Shown piece after piece: positions 29,342 to 39,802 of a DNA stretch of 64,000 bases. Each line of letters begins with the position of its first letter. Within the stretch, counting starts at the first letter, position 1. The position numbers and the translations under genes are program-made. The stretch lies in IMG/VR virus record IMGVR_UViG_3300037258_001185, positions 20,252-84,251 of that record; one strand, written 5' to 3'. The notes under the pieces are model-generated. The model ran no database searches, was not told the origin of the DNA, and saw only the letters and a list, made by a program, of their open reading frames with translations. The stretch comes from a virus.

Positions 29342-30671
29342 AGCCGTCAAGGAACTGCTCTACGATTGGAAGTTCTGGGCGCGGCCCAACCAGCTCGCGC
29401 CGCCGGGCGACTGGAGAACCTGGCTGGTGCTCGCGGGGCGCGGCTTCGGCAAGACCCGCACAGGCGCCGAGTTGGTCCGCGATCGCGTGGCGGCCGGCTA
29501 TAAGCGCATCGCGCTCGTCGGCGCGACGGCGGCCGACACCCGCGACGTCATGGTCGAGGGCGAGAGCGGTATCCTGGCGATTTCTCCGGCCAACAACCGG
29601 CCGCGCTACGTTTCAACGGTACGGCGCCTGATGTGGCCCAACGGGGCAATCGCCACAACCTATTCGGCAGAAGAGCCGGAGCGCCTTCGCGGTCCGCAGC
29701 ACGATTTCGCCTGGTGCGACGAGATTGCCGCGTGGCGATATCCGGAAGCGTGGGACATGCTGATGTTCGGGCTGCGCCTCGGGCGCGACCCGCGGTCCGT
29801 CGTGACGACAACGCCGAAGCCGATCAAGCTGGTGCGGGATCTGCTGGCCGACCCGACGACAAAAATCACTCGCGGTTCGACCTACGACAACCGCGGCAAC
29901 CTGGCGCCGGCGTTCTTCACCCAGATCATCCGCAAATACGAAGGCACGCGCCTCGGGCGACAGGAAATCGAGGCCGAGTTGCTCGCCGACACGCCGGGCG
30001 CGCTGTGGACCATGAAGCGGATCGATGAGTTGCGCGTCAATCGTGGCGCCTATCCCGAGCTCACGCGGATCGTCGTCGCGATCGACCCGGCCGTTTCAAC
30101 CGGCGAGGATTCGGACGAAACGGGCATCGTGGTGGCCGGCAAGAGCGCCGCCGGCCACGGCTATGTGCTGCATGACGGCTCCGGTCGGATGATGCCGACC
30201 GAGTGGGCGCGCGCGGCAATCAAGGCCTATCGGGACCATCACGCCGACCGTGTTGTCGCGGAGGTCAATCAAGGCGGCGATATGGTCGAGACGACCGTGC
30301 GCATGGTCGACCCCAATGTTTCCTATACCGCCGTCCACGCCAGCCGGGGAAAGGTCGTCCGGGCCGAGCCGGTCGCGGCGCTCTACGAGCAGGGCAGAAT
30401 CCATCACGTCGGCGCGTTCCCGCAACTCGAAGATCAGATGTGCGCGTTCACCAGCGATTTCGACAGGAAATCGTCGGGGTCGCCGGATCGCGTTGACGCG
30501 CTGGTCTGGGCATTCACCGAATTGCTGGTCGACCAGGCGGCGGGCGCTGGCGTCGCTGGCTTTACCCGCCGCCTTGCCGACGAGACCCGGGCTGCCGCCC
30601 AGAAACCGCTAGCGACAAAGGTTATTCCGGCCCGCGGCTCGAAGGAATGGCAAGAGCTGTACGGGGAGTGA
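29235..30671 (+). CDS. terL: Terminase large subunit (start uncertain)
   Basis: LAGRGFGKTR Walker A, WCDE Walker B, VAIDP, DRVDA. Confidence 0.95.
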   Translation: MSKMIRPARENCSLAQSIASLPPEERRRLLRRLKPEAVKELLYDWKFWARPNQLAPPGDWRTWLVLAGRGFGKTRTGAELVRDRVAAGYKRIALVGATAADTRDVMVEGESGILAISPANNRPRYVSTVRRLMWPNGAIATTYSAEEPERLRGPQHDFAWCDEIAAWRYPEAWDMLMFGLRLGRDPRSVVTTTPKPIKLVRDLLADPTTKITRGSTYDNRGNLAPAFFTQIIRKYEGTRLGRQEIEAELLADTPGALWTMKRIDELRVNRGAYPELTRIVVAIDPAVSTGEDSDETGIVVAGKSAAGHGYVLHDGSGRMMPTEWARAAIKAYRDHHADRVVAEVNQGGDMVETTVRMVDPNVSYTAVHASRGKVVRAEPVAALYEQGRIHHVGAFPQLEDQMCAFTSDFDRKSSGSPDRVDALVWAFTELLVDQAAGAGVAGFTRRLADETRAAAQKPLATKVIPARGSKEWQELYGE

Positions 30672-30769
30672 TGTACCGCCGCTCTCGCCGGCATATCCGG
30701 CGATCGGCATATGGCAGGGCGGACGCGCCCCGCCACCCATGACCGGAAGCTGACAGGGAGCGGCCCACA

Positions 30770-32269
30770 ATGCCACCTGCCGGCGCTCCGCGGACAACGC
30801 TAACCGAACTGGTATCGACCGTCACGGGATACCAGCAGCGGGTCGTGTTCGGACAGAGCGGCGTCTTCTCGCCGGGCTCGCCGATCAGTCCCGTCGTCAA
30901 AGAGCCGGTCCGCGCGATCGACTTTCGGGTCGGCGAGAACACGTTCTGGACGCCTCGCTCCGGCGAGGCTTGGTCGTTCCAGCAATTGCGCAACCTGGTC
31001 GAGCCTGGCGGCTTTGACATTGCACGTCTCGCGATCGAGACCCGCAAGGACCAGCTTGAACGGCTCGACTACACAGTTCGGCCAATCGACACGAAGAAGC
31101 GCAAGGACAAAGACGCGCGCGCCATCGCGCTGACGAAGATGATCCGGCGCCCGGACGGCGTTCGGGATTTTGCCACCTGGACCCGCCTGCTGCTCGAAGA
31201 CCTGTTCGTCATCGACGCGCCGGCCGTCGAGGTGCGCCGCAACCGCGGCGGCAAGATCATCGGCTTTGACGTCGTCGACGGCGCGACCTTCAAGCTGCTG
31301 CTCGACGACACGGGCCGCACGCCCCAGCCGCCGGCGCCGGCCTACGAGCAGGTCATCAAGGGGCGCCCTTGGAACCTGCTGACGACCGACGACCTGATCT
31401 ACCGTCCGCGCAACCAGCGCCCGCACAAGATTTACGGCCTCAGCCCGGTCGAGCAGATCCTGACGACGATCCATATCGGACTGTCGCGCCAGCTCAGCCA
31501 GCTCAACTATTTCACCGACGGCACGACACCGCCCGGCTTCCTCAATGCGCCGGAGGGCTGGTCGCCCGATCAGGTGAAGGAATACTACGACAACCTGATG
31601 GCCGTGCTGTCCGGTAACCTCGATGCCCGCCGTCGCATCTGGATGGCGCCGCACGGTGCGACCTACCAGTCGATCAAGGATGCGCCGCTCAAGGACGAGT
31701 TCGACGAGTGGATCGCGCGCGTCGTCTGTTACGCCTTCTCGCTGCCGCCGACGGCCTTCATCAAGCAGCTCAACCGCTCGTCGTCGGAGACCTCCGACGA
31801 AACCTCGCAGGAAGAGGGGCTTGAGCCGCTGAAGGGCTGGGTCAAGCGCTGGTGGGACGAAGTCATCCAGTTGCGGATGGGCTATGACGACCTCGAATTC
31901 GCCTGGGTCGACGACAGGCCGATCGATCCGCAGGTACAGGCCACCATCGACAACCTGAACCTGCGCAACGGCCTGCTGTGCATTAACGACGTGCTGGATC
32001 ACCACGGCTTCGACCCCATCGCCAACGGCAACCGCCACCTGATCTACACCGCGAGCGGCGCGGTATTGCTCGACACGATCGTCGCCAGCGATGACCCGAG
32101 CAATCAATTGACGCCGCCGGCGCACCCCGGCGCGGTCGCCCATGATCCGGCGGCCGTCCTGCCCAATCCGACGGCCACGCCGCCGACCGACGGAGGCGCG
32201 AACGATGACTCCGAGGCGGCTGCACCTGATGGTAAGGGCCGAGGTACACCGGCCGCCGACCAACCTTGA
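30770..32269 (+). CDS. Portal protein
   Basis: YGLSPVEQ, YFTDG motifs; follows TerL. Confidence 0.9.
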   Translation: MPPAGAPRTTLTELVSTVTGYQQRVVFGQSGVFSPGSPISPVVKEPVRAIDFRVGENTFWTPRSGEAWSFQQLRNLVEPGGFDIARLAIETRKDQLERLDYTVRPIDTKKRKDKDARAIALTKMIRRPDGVRDFATWTRLLLEDLFVIDAPAVEVRRNRGGKIIGFDVVDGATFKLLLDDTGRTPQPPAPAYEQVIKGRPWNLLTTDDLIYRPRNQRPHKIYGLSPVEQILTTIHIGLSRQLSQLNYFTDGTTPPGFLNAPEGWSPDQVKEYYDNLMAVLSGNLDARRRIWMAPHGATYQSIKDAPLKDEFDEWIARVVCYAFSLPPTAFIKQLNRSSSETSDETSQEEGLEPLKGWVKRWWDEVIQLRMGYDDLEFAWVDDRPIDPQVQATIDNLNLRNGLLCINDVLDHHGFDPIANGNRHLIYTASGAVLLDTIVASDDPSNQLTPPAHPGAVAHDPAAVLPNPTATPPTDGGANDDSEAAAPDGKGRGTPAADQP

Positions 32270-32603
32270 TGCGGCTAAGGCCTGGCTGCTCCGGCTGATT
32301 GACGCAGTCGGCATGACGCTGGCGACGGGCCCGGAGGCCAATCCGATCGCCTACTACTGCGACACGCCGGGCAACCGCGGCCTGACGGCCTCGGCGATCA
32401 TCGAAACCAGCAACATCACGCTGCACACCTGGGATGAGGCGAGCCCCGGCGAATTGCAGCTCGACCTGTTCACCTGCGGCGATCTCGATACCGAGACGGC
32501 GCTTGGCTTTCTCGACGAGTTCGGCCCCGAGAGGGTCGACCACCTGCTCATCAATCGCCGCGATGGCCTCGGGGTCGCGCGGCTTTGGAGTGACCGCCGA
32601 TGA
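32205..32603 (+). CDS. S-adenosylmethionine decarboxylase-like proenzyme
   Basis: GLTASAIIETSNITLHTW...QLDLFTCG; GGAGG RBS. Confidence 0.75.
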   Translation: MTPRRLHLMVRAEVHRPPTNLDAAKAWLLRLIDAVGMTLATGPEANPIAYYCDTPGNRGLTASAIIETSNITLHTWDEASPGELQLDLFTCGDLDTETALGFLDEFGPERVDHLLINRRDGLGVARLWSDRR

Positions 32604-33265
32604 CCTTCACGATGATTGCCCCCGGCCCCTATCAGGTCTTCGAAACGCTCGGCGCGACCTACACGTCGGACACCCATGGGATCATCACCGGCGTCGCGCA
32701 GGCCGATGTCTCCGACATGATCAACATGGGCTGCCGGCAGCAGGTAGCGAGCACCCAGGCGGCGGGCGCCAACGGGCTGATGCCGGCGCCGCTCGCGCTG
32801 AGCCATTTCCGGAACGCGGACGGTTCGACCGTGGCCGCTGCCGCTGCCGCCGGCAAGTTCGGGTATTCGATCACGCTGGGCACCTCGTTCGGCCTGATCG
32901 GTGAGGCCGCGAACAACAACACCAAGACCGACGACGCGATCGTCGAGTTTGTGCTGCCGCCCTGGTATCTGGCCGGCCAGAACCTCACTGTCACGGTCAA
33001 CGCCAAGCTGACCGGCGCCGGCACGCCGGGCACCAAGACGGCGCAGATCAAGGCATACCGGACCGCCAGCGACGGCACGCAGGGCGCCGACATTGGCCCG
33101 GGCGCGGCCTCCGCGATCACCGCGGCCGGCGCCGACATCGCCTTTACGGTGACCGGCACGACGCTCAACCCAGGCGACCGCTTGGTGTTCGAACTGGAAG
33201 CGGTGCTTCAGGAGACCGCCTCCTCGAACCTCGACGTGGTGATCGACTCGGTGCGGGTCAGCTAA
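32600..33265 (+). CDS. Virion structural protein (possible head decoration)
   Basis: Gly/Ala/Thr-rich beta protein in the head module. Confidence 0.5.
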   Translation: MTFTMIAPGPYQVFETLGATYTSDTHGIITGVAQADVSDMINMGCRQQVASTQAAGANGLMPAPLALSHFRNADGSTVAAAAAAGKFGYSITLGTSFGLIGEAANNNTKTDDAIVEFVLPPWYLAGQNLTVTVNAKLTGAGTPGTKTAQIKAYRTASDGTQGADIGPGAASAITAAGADIAFTVTGTTLNPGDRLVFELEAVLQETASSNLDVVIDSVRVS

Positions 33266-33286
33266 GGCGCTAGGAGGGCCGCGCCC

Positions 33287-35368
33287 ATGCGCTTCTATGC
33301 CTCGATCGCCAAGGTTGATGCCGAGCAGCGCATGGTGTGGGGTTACGCCTCGACCGAAGCGGTTGACGGCGAGGGCGAGACGATCCTGCGCTCGGCCATC
33401 GAGGGCGCGCTCGACGACTACATGAAGTTCGCGAACATCCGCGAGATGCACCAGCTCTCCGCGGTCGGCGTCGCGAAAGAGGCGGCCATCGACGACAAGG
33501 GCCTCTATCTCGGCGCGAAGATCGTTGATGACGACGCCTGGCAGAAAGTCATCGAGGGCGTCTACAAGGGATTTTCGATCGGCGGCAAGGCGCTCGCGCG
33601 CGATCCCGCCAACCGCAAGACCATCACTCAGCTCCGCCTTTTCGAAATCAGCTTGGTCGACCGGCCCTGCAACCCAGAGGCCGTGTTCGACTGCTGGAAA
33701 GCGGCCGATGCCGCGGCATCCATCACAGGAGACACGCCCTTGACCACCGAAACTCCGGCGGATGCCGCCGCGGTCGTCGCCGCGTTCATCGCGGGCGAAG
33801 AGATCCCCGTCGTCAAGGTCGCACCGGTCGACGGCAAGACCGTTGCATTGTCGGAGGGCGAGGTGCCGAACGTGGCGTCCGGCGCTTCCGGCGAGACGAC
33901 CGTCGGCGCGCCGGTGGATGGCGCGGCAGTCGATCCGCCGACCGGCGAGGTTCCCGTTGTCACGCCCGTCGCGTCCGGCGAGGCCGTTGTCGAGACGCCG
34001 GTCGACGGCAGCCGGCCGGCCGCGATGATCCCGAGCGGCGACGGTTCGCCCGTCCAGGTGGTCAACCCTGAGGGCGAGGTTGTCGATATCGACGCCGCTC
34101 TCACCAAGCTCGACGAGGCCGGCGAGGACGACCCGATCGTCAAGCGCAAGTTCACCGCCGCGCAGCGCCGCGACGCCGCCAAGGCCGGGACGGCGATGAA
34201 GGACGGCTCGTTCCCGATCGAGAACAAGCAGGATCTCAAGGACTCGATCCAGGCGCTCGGCCGCGCCAAGGACCGCAACGCGACGATCGCGCATATCAAG
34301 CGCCGCGCCAAGGCGCTCAACCTTGAGGATGAGTTGCCGCCCTGGCTCGGCGGCCCGAAGCCCGATGCCAAGAAGACCGAGCGTCATGTGCCGGGCCAGG
34401 TCTGGACTTGCGGCGATCCCGCGCACCAGCACCTCGCCAAGGCCGAAGCCGTGGCCTGCCTCGACCAGCGCGACGCGATCGCCAAGGCGGCGGCGTCCGC
34501 GAAGCCGGCAGCCGATGCGGTGGCGCAGTTGCGCGATGTCGTCGGCGCGGCGTTGGCGGCCGCCGGCAAAGATCCGACCATCGCCACGGTCGCCGACACC
34601 ACCACCGTCCGCAAGGGCCTCTACACCCTGAGCGACCTCGCCTGCATGGTGCTGCAGCTCCGCTCGATGGTGTGCAACGTCGATTACGAAGAGACCAGCG
34701 AAAAGGACAGCGACTCCCGGCTGCCGCAGTTGATGCGCGACGCGCTGGCCTCGCTCGTCACCGCCTTCCGGGCGATGTCCGATGAGGAGACCGCGGAGCT
34801 GCTGGAATCGGTCGCGACCAACACGGCCGAGCCCGACAACGCGGCGACATTCCTCTACATGGCCGCCCATTCCGGCGATCTCTTCAAGGCCGGCGCGCGG
34901 CACAGCAAGGCCGACATGGCCACCATCCAGAAGTGCCACGACATGCTGTCCGACCTCGGCGCGCAGTGCGCGATGCCCGAGGATGACACCGACAAGGTCG
35001 CCAAGGTGCTCGGCGACAAGGACGCCGAGATCAACGAGTTGCGCAAGGTGCTCGACCAAGTCGAGCCGTTGACCAAGGCTGTCACCGAGCTGGGCACGAC
35101 GATCGCCGACCTGCGCAAGACGGCCGAGACGCAGGCTGCGGAGATCGCGATGCTGAAGGCGCAGCCGATGCCGGCCAAGACCGCAACGACCCAGCACGCG
35201 GTCGAAAAGGCATTCGACAACGGCGGCGGGCCGGCCACAACCGATGAAGACATGCTGAAGCGCCTCGGCGAGATGTCCGAGGAGGAACGCACCATGCTGC
35301 TCATCAAGGCGGCGAAGACCAATCCGGTCGCGCCGCGCTTTGCCGGCGCCCGACCGGACGCTGGCTAA
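33287..35368 (+). CDS. Prohead protease (XkdF-like) fused to scaffold
   Basis: REMH...YKGFSIGG...EISLVDRPCNP; coiled-coil C-terminus. Confidence 0.85.
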   Translation: MRFYASIAKVDAEQRMVWGYASTEAVDGEGETILRSAIEGALDDYMKFANIREMHQLSAVGVAKEAAIDDKGLYLGAKIVDDDAWQKVIEGVYKGFSIGGKALARDPANRKTITQLRLFEISLVDRPCNPEAVFDCWKAADAAASITGDTPLTTETPADAAAVVAAFIAGEEIPVVKVAPVDGKTVALSEGEVPNVASGASGETTVGAPVDGAAVDPPTGEVPVVTPVASGEAVVETPVDGSRPAAMIPSGDGSPVQVVNPEGEVVDIDAALTKLDEAGEDDPIVKRKFTAAQRRDAAKAGTAMKDGSFPIENKQDLKDSIQALGRAKDRNATIAHIKRRAKALNLEDELPPWLGGPKPDAKKTERHVPGQVWTCGDPAHQHLAKAEAVACLDQRDAIAKAAASAKPAADAVAQLRDVVGAALAAAGKDPTIATVADTTTVRKGLYTLSDLACMVLQLRSMVCNVDYEETSEKDSDSRLPQLMRDALASLVTAFRAMSDEETAELLESVATNTAEPDNAATFLYMAAHSGDLFKAGARHSKADMATIQKCHDMLSDLGAQCAMPEDDTDKVAKVLGDKDAEINELRKVLDQVEPLTKAVTELGTTIADLRKTAETQAAEIAMLKAQPMPAKTATTQHAVEKAFDNGGGPATTDEDMLKRLGEMSEEERTMLLIKAAKTNPVAPRFAGARPDAG

Positions 35369-35500
35369 ACCCTTTCGCCGGCGGTATCCCGCGACGCGGG
35401 AACGGCCGGCCAACGAACGGCCCCCGGGGGCCGCATCCGAATGCCCGGGACTCACGTCATGCCGCCGCGAGGCGCCGCATCCCTTCGATGGAGCATATCG

Positions 35501-36988
35501 ATGACGCCCCAGGAAACCCTCGACGAACTGAAGAAGTCGCTCGGCGCGCCGAGCGATACTGTCGCCAAGACCATCTCGACCGGCACCGGCATCGTCGCCT
35601 ACGACTTGCAGGCCCCGGCCAAGAACCTCTACCCGGTCGTGACCCCGATCCGCAACGCGCTGCCGCGCGTCGGCGGCGGCACCGGCCTGATGACCAACTG
35701 GCGTCAGGTCAACGCCATCATCGGCTCTGGCTTCGATAACATGGGCTGGGTCAAGGAAGGCCAGCGCTCCGGCCAGATGAACTACAGCACGTCCAACAAG
35801 TCGGCGTCGTACATGACGATCGGCGAGGAAGACGCGGCGACCTACGAGGCGATCAGCGCCGGCCGGGGTTTCGAAGACATCCAGGCCCGCATGACCATGC
35901 GCCTGCTGCAGAAGATGATGCTGAAGGAAGAGGTCGCCCTGCTCGGCGGCAATTCCAGCATCGCTCTCGGCACGCCCGGCACGATCGCGCACTCGGCTTC
36001 GGGTTCGGGCGGCACGCTGCCCGGCTCGCCGACCACCTATTACGCCCAGGTCGTCGCGCTGACGCTCGAGGGCTACCTGAATTCGAGCCTGACGGGCGGC
36101 GTCGCCATCGCCAAGACGATCACCGGCGCCGACAGCAACACCTACACGCTGAACGGCGGCTCGTCCGCGGCGGCGGATGAGGTCAGCCAGGCGGTCACCC
36201 TCGGGCAGACGCTGTTCCTGTCGGTCCCGGCGATCCAGGGCGCGGTGGCCTATGCCTGGTTCGTCGGCGCCACGTCCGGCGCAACCAAGCTGGAGGTGAT
36301 CACCACGATCAACAGCGCCGCGTTCTCGGCGCCGCTGCTCGGCACCGGGCAGGTGGTCACCGCGATCACCGGCGACCATTCGAACAACCCGGACCTGGCG
36401 TTCGACGGCCTGCTGACCGCCGCGCTCAATCCGGCGAATGCCGCCTACGTCAGCATCATGGCGACCGGCACCGCCGGCACCGGCACGGTGTTGACCTCCT
36501 CGGGGCGCGGCTCGGTCGTCGAGATCGACACGATGCTGGAGGCCATGTGGAACAACTTCGAGTTGTCCCCGACGGTTCTCTACATGAACGCGCAGGAGCT
36601 GCGGAACATCACCAGCAAGGTGCTGACCAACGACTCCGGTCCGCTGGTGCGGTACGAGGCGGGCCCCGACGGCGTGCGCGCCACGGCCGGCGGGTTCGTC
36701 GAGTTCTACTACAACCCGTTCGCGCTCGGCGGCGGCATCAAGATCCCACTGAAGATCCACCCGCGCGTCCCGCCGGGCACGATCATCGGCTGGACCGAGA
36801 ACCTGCCGATCCAGTACCAGTCGAACGAGGTGCCGAACGTCGCCGAGGTCAAGACCCGCGTCGACTATTACCAGGTCGACTGGCCGGTCGTGACCCGCCA
36901 GCGCGCCGTCGGCGTCTACGCCGAGGAAGTGCTGGCCGTCTACGCCCCGTTCGCGATGGGTGTCATCACCAACATCGCGAACGGCTAA
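35501..36988 (+). CDS. Major capsid protein
   Basis: Follows protease; strongly biased codons; TPIRNALPRV...FDGL. Confidence 0.85.
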   Translation: MTPQETLDELKKSLGAPSDTVAKTISTGTGIVAYDLQAPAKNLYPVVTPIRNALPRVGGGTGLMTNWRQVNAIIGSGFDNMGWVKEGQRSGQMNYSTSNKSASYMTIGEEDAATYEAISAGRGFEDIQARMTMRLLQKMMLKEEVALLGGNSSIALGTPGTIAHSASGSGGTLPGSPTTYYAQVVALTLEGYLNSSLTGGVAIAKTITGADSNTYTLNGGSSAAADEVSQAVTLGQTLFLSVPAIQGAVAYAWFVGATSGATKLEVITTINSAAFSAPLLGTGQVVTAITGDHSNNPDLAFDGLLTAALNPANAAYVSIMATGTAGTGTVLTSSGRGSVVEIDTMLEAMWNNFELSPTVLYMNAQELRNITSKVLTNDSGPLVRYEAGPDGVRATAGGFVEFYYNPFALGGGIKIPLKIHPRVPPGTIIGWTENLPIQYQSNEVPNVAEVKTRVDYYQVDWPVVTRQRAVGVYAEEVLAVYAPFAMGVITNIANG

Positions 36989-37038
36989 GGCACCCGCGCC
37001 GGAGCGTGCTCCGACGCCCGACGCCGGGAGGAACGCCA

Positions 37039-37614
37039 ATGGCCGACATGACCCTGGTCGTTCCTCCCGGCGCCCTCGGCTTCCCGATCAGCTACGGTAC
37101 GCAAGCCTACCAGCCCTATCGGGAAGACCACACCAACCCCAGCGGCCGCTGGCTGATCGACATGCCGCCCGACGTGGCGCGCCATTTCATCGGCGTAGGA
37201 GGTTTCATCGTGGCAGACAGGATCGCGCCGTCGGCGGCGCGCGCGAAGATTTCGATCATCCGCATGTTCCATCCCAAGGGCGGCAGCGCCGACGACTACC
37301 CGGTCGATCAGGACGGATTCTTGCTGGTGCCGAACGGCCCGGACGTGGCCGCCATGCGCTCGCACGGCTTCAAGATCGAGGGCGAGGAACCCGCGCCCGC
37401 GCCGCCGCCGCAGATGGTGCCGCTTGAAGATCACCAGCGCGCGGTCGACCATATCAATGCGCTTGGCGAAACGATCCGTGAACGCGATCGCGACGCGAAG
37501 ATGGCGCGCGACCAGCTCGACGCCAATCAGGGCGAGATCACTGAGTTGCGGGAGAAGCTCGCGGCGGCCGAAAAGGCCCTCGCCGAGGCAACGAAGCCTC
37601 CGCCGGCGGCGTAG
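37039..37614 (+). CDS. Hypothetical virion-associated protein
   Basis: GGAGG RBS; after capsid. Confidence 0.55.
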   Translation: MADMTLVVPPGALGFPISYGTQAYQPYREDHTNPSGRWLIDMPPDVARHFIGVGGFIVADRIAPSAARAKISIIRMFHPKGGSADDYPVDQDGFLLVPNGPDVAAMRSHGFKIEGEEPAPAPPPQMVPLEDHQRAVDHINALGETIRERDRDAKMARDQLDANQGEITELREKLAAAEKALAEATKPPPAA

Positions 37615-37617
37615 CGA

Positions 37618-38466
37618 ATGCCCCTCAACCTGACCACGCTGGCAAATGCCGAGGCGTGGATCGGGGATTTGACGCCCGGCGACAGCGCGGCCACGGACGC
37701 GCTGATCAATCGCCTGATCACCGCCGCATCCGGCCTGATCCTGTCATTCGTGAACCGGCCGACCCTGCTGCCGCAGACCTACACGGAGACGCGCGACGGC
37801 ACTGGCGGCCCGCGGCTGATGCTGCGGAACTGGCCGGTGACCGCGGTCGCGGCGGTGACGATCGGCGGCACGGCGATCCTGGCCGGTTCCTATTCCGGCC
37901 AGCCCACGACGAACGGCTGGGCCGGCTATTTCTTCTCGGGCTGGGACGGCATGCCGCCCGGCAGGCGCGTCAACCTCGAGCTCAACGGCCAGCGCTTCTG
38001 CCGCGGCATCCAGAACGTGTCGGTCACCTACACGGCCGGCTATCTGGTCGACAATGAAGCGGGCACGGTCGATGGCGCCGCGGATCCGGCCAATTCTGTA
38101 ACGGTGCAGGCGCCCTACGGTTCGTGGGGCTCCGACCAGGGCGTCACCTATGCCAACGGCACGCCGCTGGTCGCGGTGAAGGCGGCGCCCTCCGCCGGCC
38201 AGTACCAGCTCGACACGACGCCGGGCATCTACGTCTTCAACGCGGCCGACGCTGGCGCGGACGTCCTGATCAGTTACGGCTTCGTCCCCGCGGTGATCGA
38301 GGAAGCGTGCGTTCAGATGGTCGCCGAGCGCTACAGCTACCGCGCCCGGGTCGGATCGCGCTCCAAGACCCTCGGAGGCCTGGAAACCATGTCCTACGAC
38401 CGCAGCCCGATCCCGCCCGAGGTGACGGCGATGCTGCGGTCCTATTGCTCGGTCGCGCCGGTCTGA
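37618..38466 (+). CDS. Head-tail adaptor/connector
   Basis: LTTLANAEAWI...LINRLITAAS...VPAVIEEAC. Confidence 0.75.
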   Translation: MPLNLTTLANAEAWIGDLTPGDSAATDALINRLITAASGLILSFVNRPTLLPQTYTETRDGTGGPRLMLRNWPVTAVAAVTIGGTAILAGSYSGQPTTNGWAGYFFSGWDGMPPGRRVNLELNGQRFCRGIQNVSVTYTAGYLVDNEAGTVDGAADPANSVTVQAPYGSWGSDQGVTYANGTPLVAVKAAPSAGQYQLDTTPGIYVFNAADAGADVLISYGFVPAVIEEACVQMVAERYSYRARVGSRSKTLGGLETMSYDRSPIPPEVTAMLRSYCSVAPV

Positions 38467-38975
38467 TGGTGCACGTCGAGATCAGCGTCACTGGCGACAC
38501 CGAGGTCGCCGGCTATTTCGGCGCGCTCCCCGAAGAGTTGCGCCTGGCGATCGCGAAGAAGGTCGCCGACTTCACCGGCCAGCTTTGGGACAAGATCGTC
38601 AACCAGAACCTGAACGGCGTCATCTTGCAGCGCCGCAGCGGCAAGCTGGCGGACTCGATCAAGTCCAAGGTCGACGACAAGGGCGACGTTATCACCGGCA
38701 CGGTTTTTTCGGACGGCAGCGCGCCCTACGCCGCAATTCAGGAGTATGGCGGCAAGACATCGCCGCACGACATTGTTCCGGATAAGGCGAAGGCGCTGCA
38801 TTTCCTGATGGGCGGCAAAGACACCTTTGCGACCATCGTGCACCACCCAGGCTCGACAATCCCGGCGCACGCGTTCATGCGCTCAGCTCTCGCTGACATG
38901 GTGCCGGTCATCGAAGAGGGTTTCCGGGAGGCGGTGGCCAGAGCCGTCGCGGACCGGCCCGTGCCGACGGAGTAA
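38466..38975 (+). CDS. HK97 gp10-like neck protein
   Basis: RSGKLADSI...YAAIQEYG...HPG...FMRSAL. Confidence 0.75.
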   Translation: MVHVEISVTGDTEVAGYFGALPEELRLAIAKKVADFTGQLWDKIVNQNLNGVILQRRSGKLADSIKSKVDDKGDVITGTVFSDGSAPYAAIQEYGGKTSPHDIVPDKAKALHFLMGGKDTFATIVHHPGSTIPAHAFMRSALADMVPVIEEGFREAVARAVADRPVPTE

Positions 38976-38979
38976 ACGC

Positions 38980-39441
38980 ATGGCCACCCGCGAAGATGTC
39001 CTGAACGCCCTGGTGACAAAACTCCAGGGCATGACCTTTGCGGCGCCGATCAACGGCAAGACAACATGGGTCGGCACCGTAGGACGCCGCATCAAGCTGT
39101 GGGGCAACGTGCCGCCCGACCGCCGGCCGGCCGCCTTCCTGGTCGAGCGCGGCGAGCGCGACGAGCGCCGTCATCTGGGCACGCCGCCGCTGCGCACGCT
39201 GACGCCGCGACTGGTCGCCTACACCAGCGTCAAGGATCAAACGCAGATCGGCGGAACGCACCTCAACCTGATCCTCGAGTCGCTTGAAGCGGCGCTGACG
39301 CCGGACAATTGGGGCCGCGGCACGCTGACCCTGGCTGGCGAATCCTACTTCGTGCGGATCGAAGGCGAAATCTTCAAGGATGCTGGCGATCTCGACGGCG
39401 ACGCGATGCTCGTCGTGCCGATCGCCATCCAGATGCCGTAA
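38980..39441 (+). CDS. Tail terminator/completion protein
   Basis: Size and position. Confidence 0.6.
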   Translation: MATREDVLNALVTKLQGMTFAAPINGKTTWVGTVGRRIKLWGNVPPDRRPAAFLVERGERDERRHLGTPPLRTLTPRLVAYTSVKDQTQIGGTHLNLILESLEAALTPDNWGRGTLTLAGESYFVRIEGEIFKDAGDLDGDAMLVVPIAIQMP

Positions 39442-39457
39442 CCCGGAGAAGACCGAC

Positions 39458-39712
39458 ATGGATGATTTGCGGGCGCCCATCGAAGCAATTGCCGACGCAA
39501 CGAACGAGGCCGCGCTCGGCGCGCCTGAAGCGCCTGCCGCCGCGCCAGCGACGCCTCCCGCGGTGCCGGCCATCAATCTGGAGATGCTGGTCGAGGATTG
39601 GTGGCGCGAGCATTTCCCCGGCTCAGCCGTCGGCCGCTTCACCGATGGGTGGAACGTCGCTCTGAAGGCGAAGGACGAACTGAAGAAGCGGCTTGTGGCC
39701 GCCCTCAGCTAA
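39458..39712 (+). CDS. Hypothetical protein
   Basis: GGAG RBS. Confidence 0.5.
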   Translation: MDDLRAPIEAIADATNEAALGAPEAPAAAPATPPAVPAINLEMLVEDWWREHFPGSAVGRFTDGWNVALKAKDELKKRLVAALS

Positions 39713-39802
39713 CCGCAGACGCCCCTTCAAAACGCGCTTTGGGGCAAGCGCGCCCGCGACCGTCGGATGACAGGCCGCATTCCCTCTTGATGGAGCCCCA
39801 AC

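Noticed and set aside
30800-37039. Very long minus-strand ORFs (513 aa and 1561 aa) and similar ones elsewhere
   Set aside because: Antisense shadows of GC3-biased real genes; no motifs
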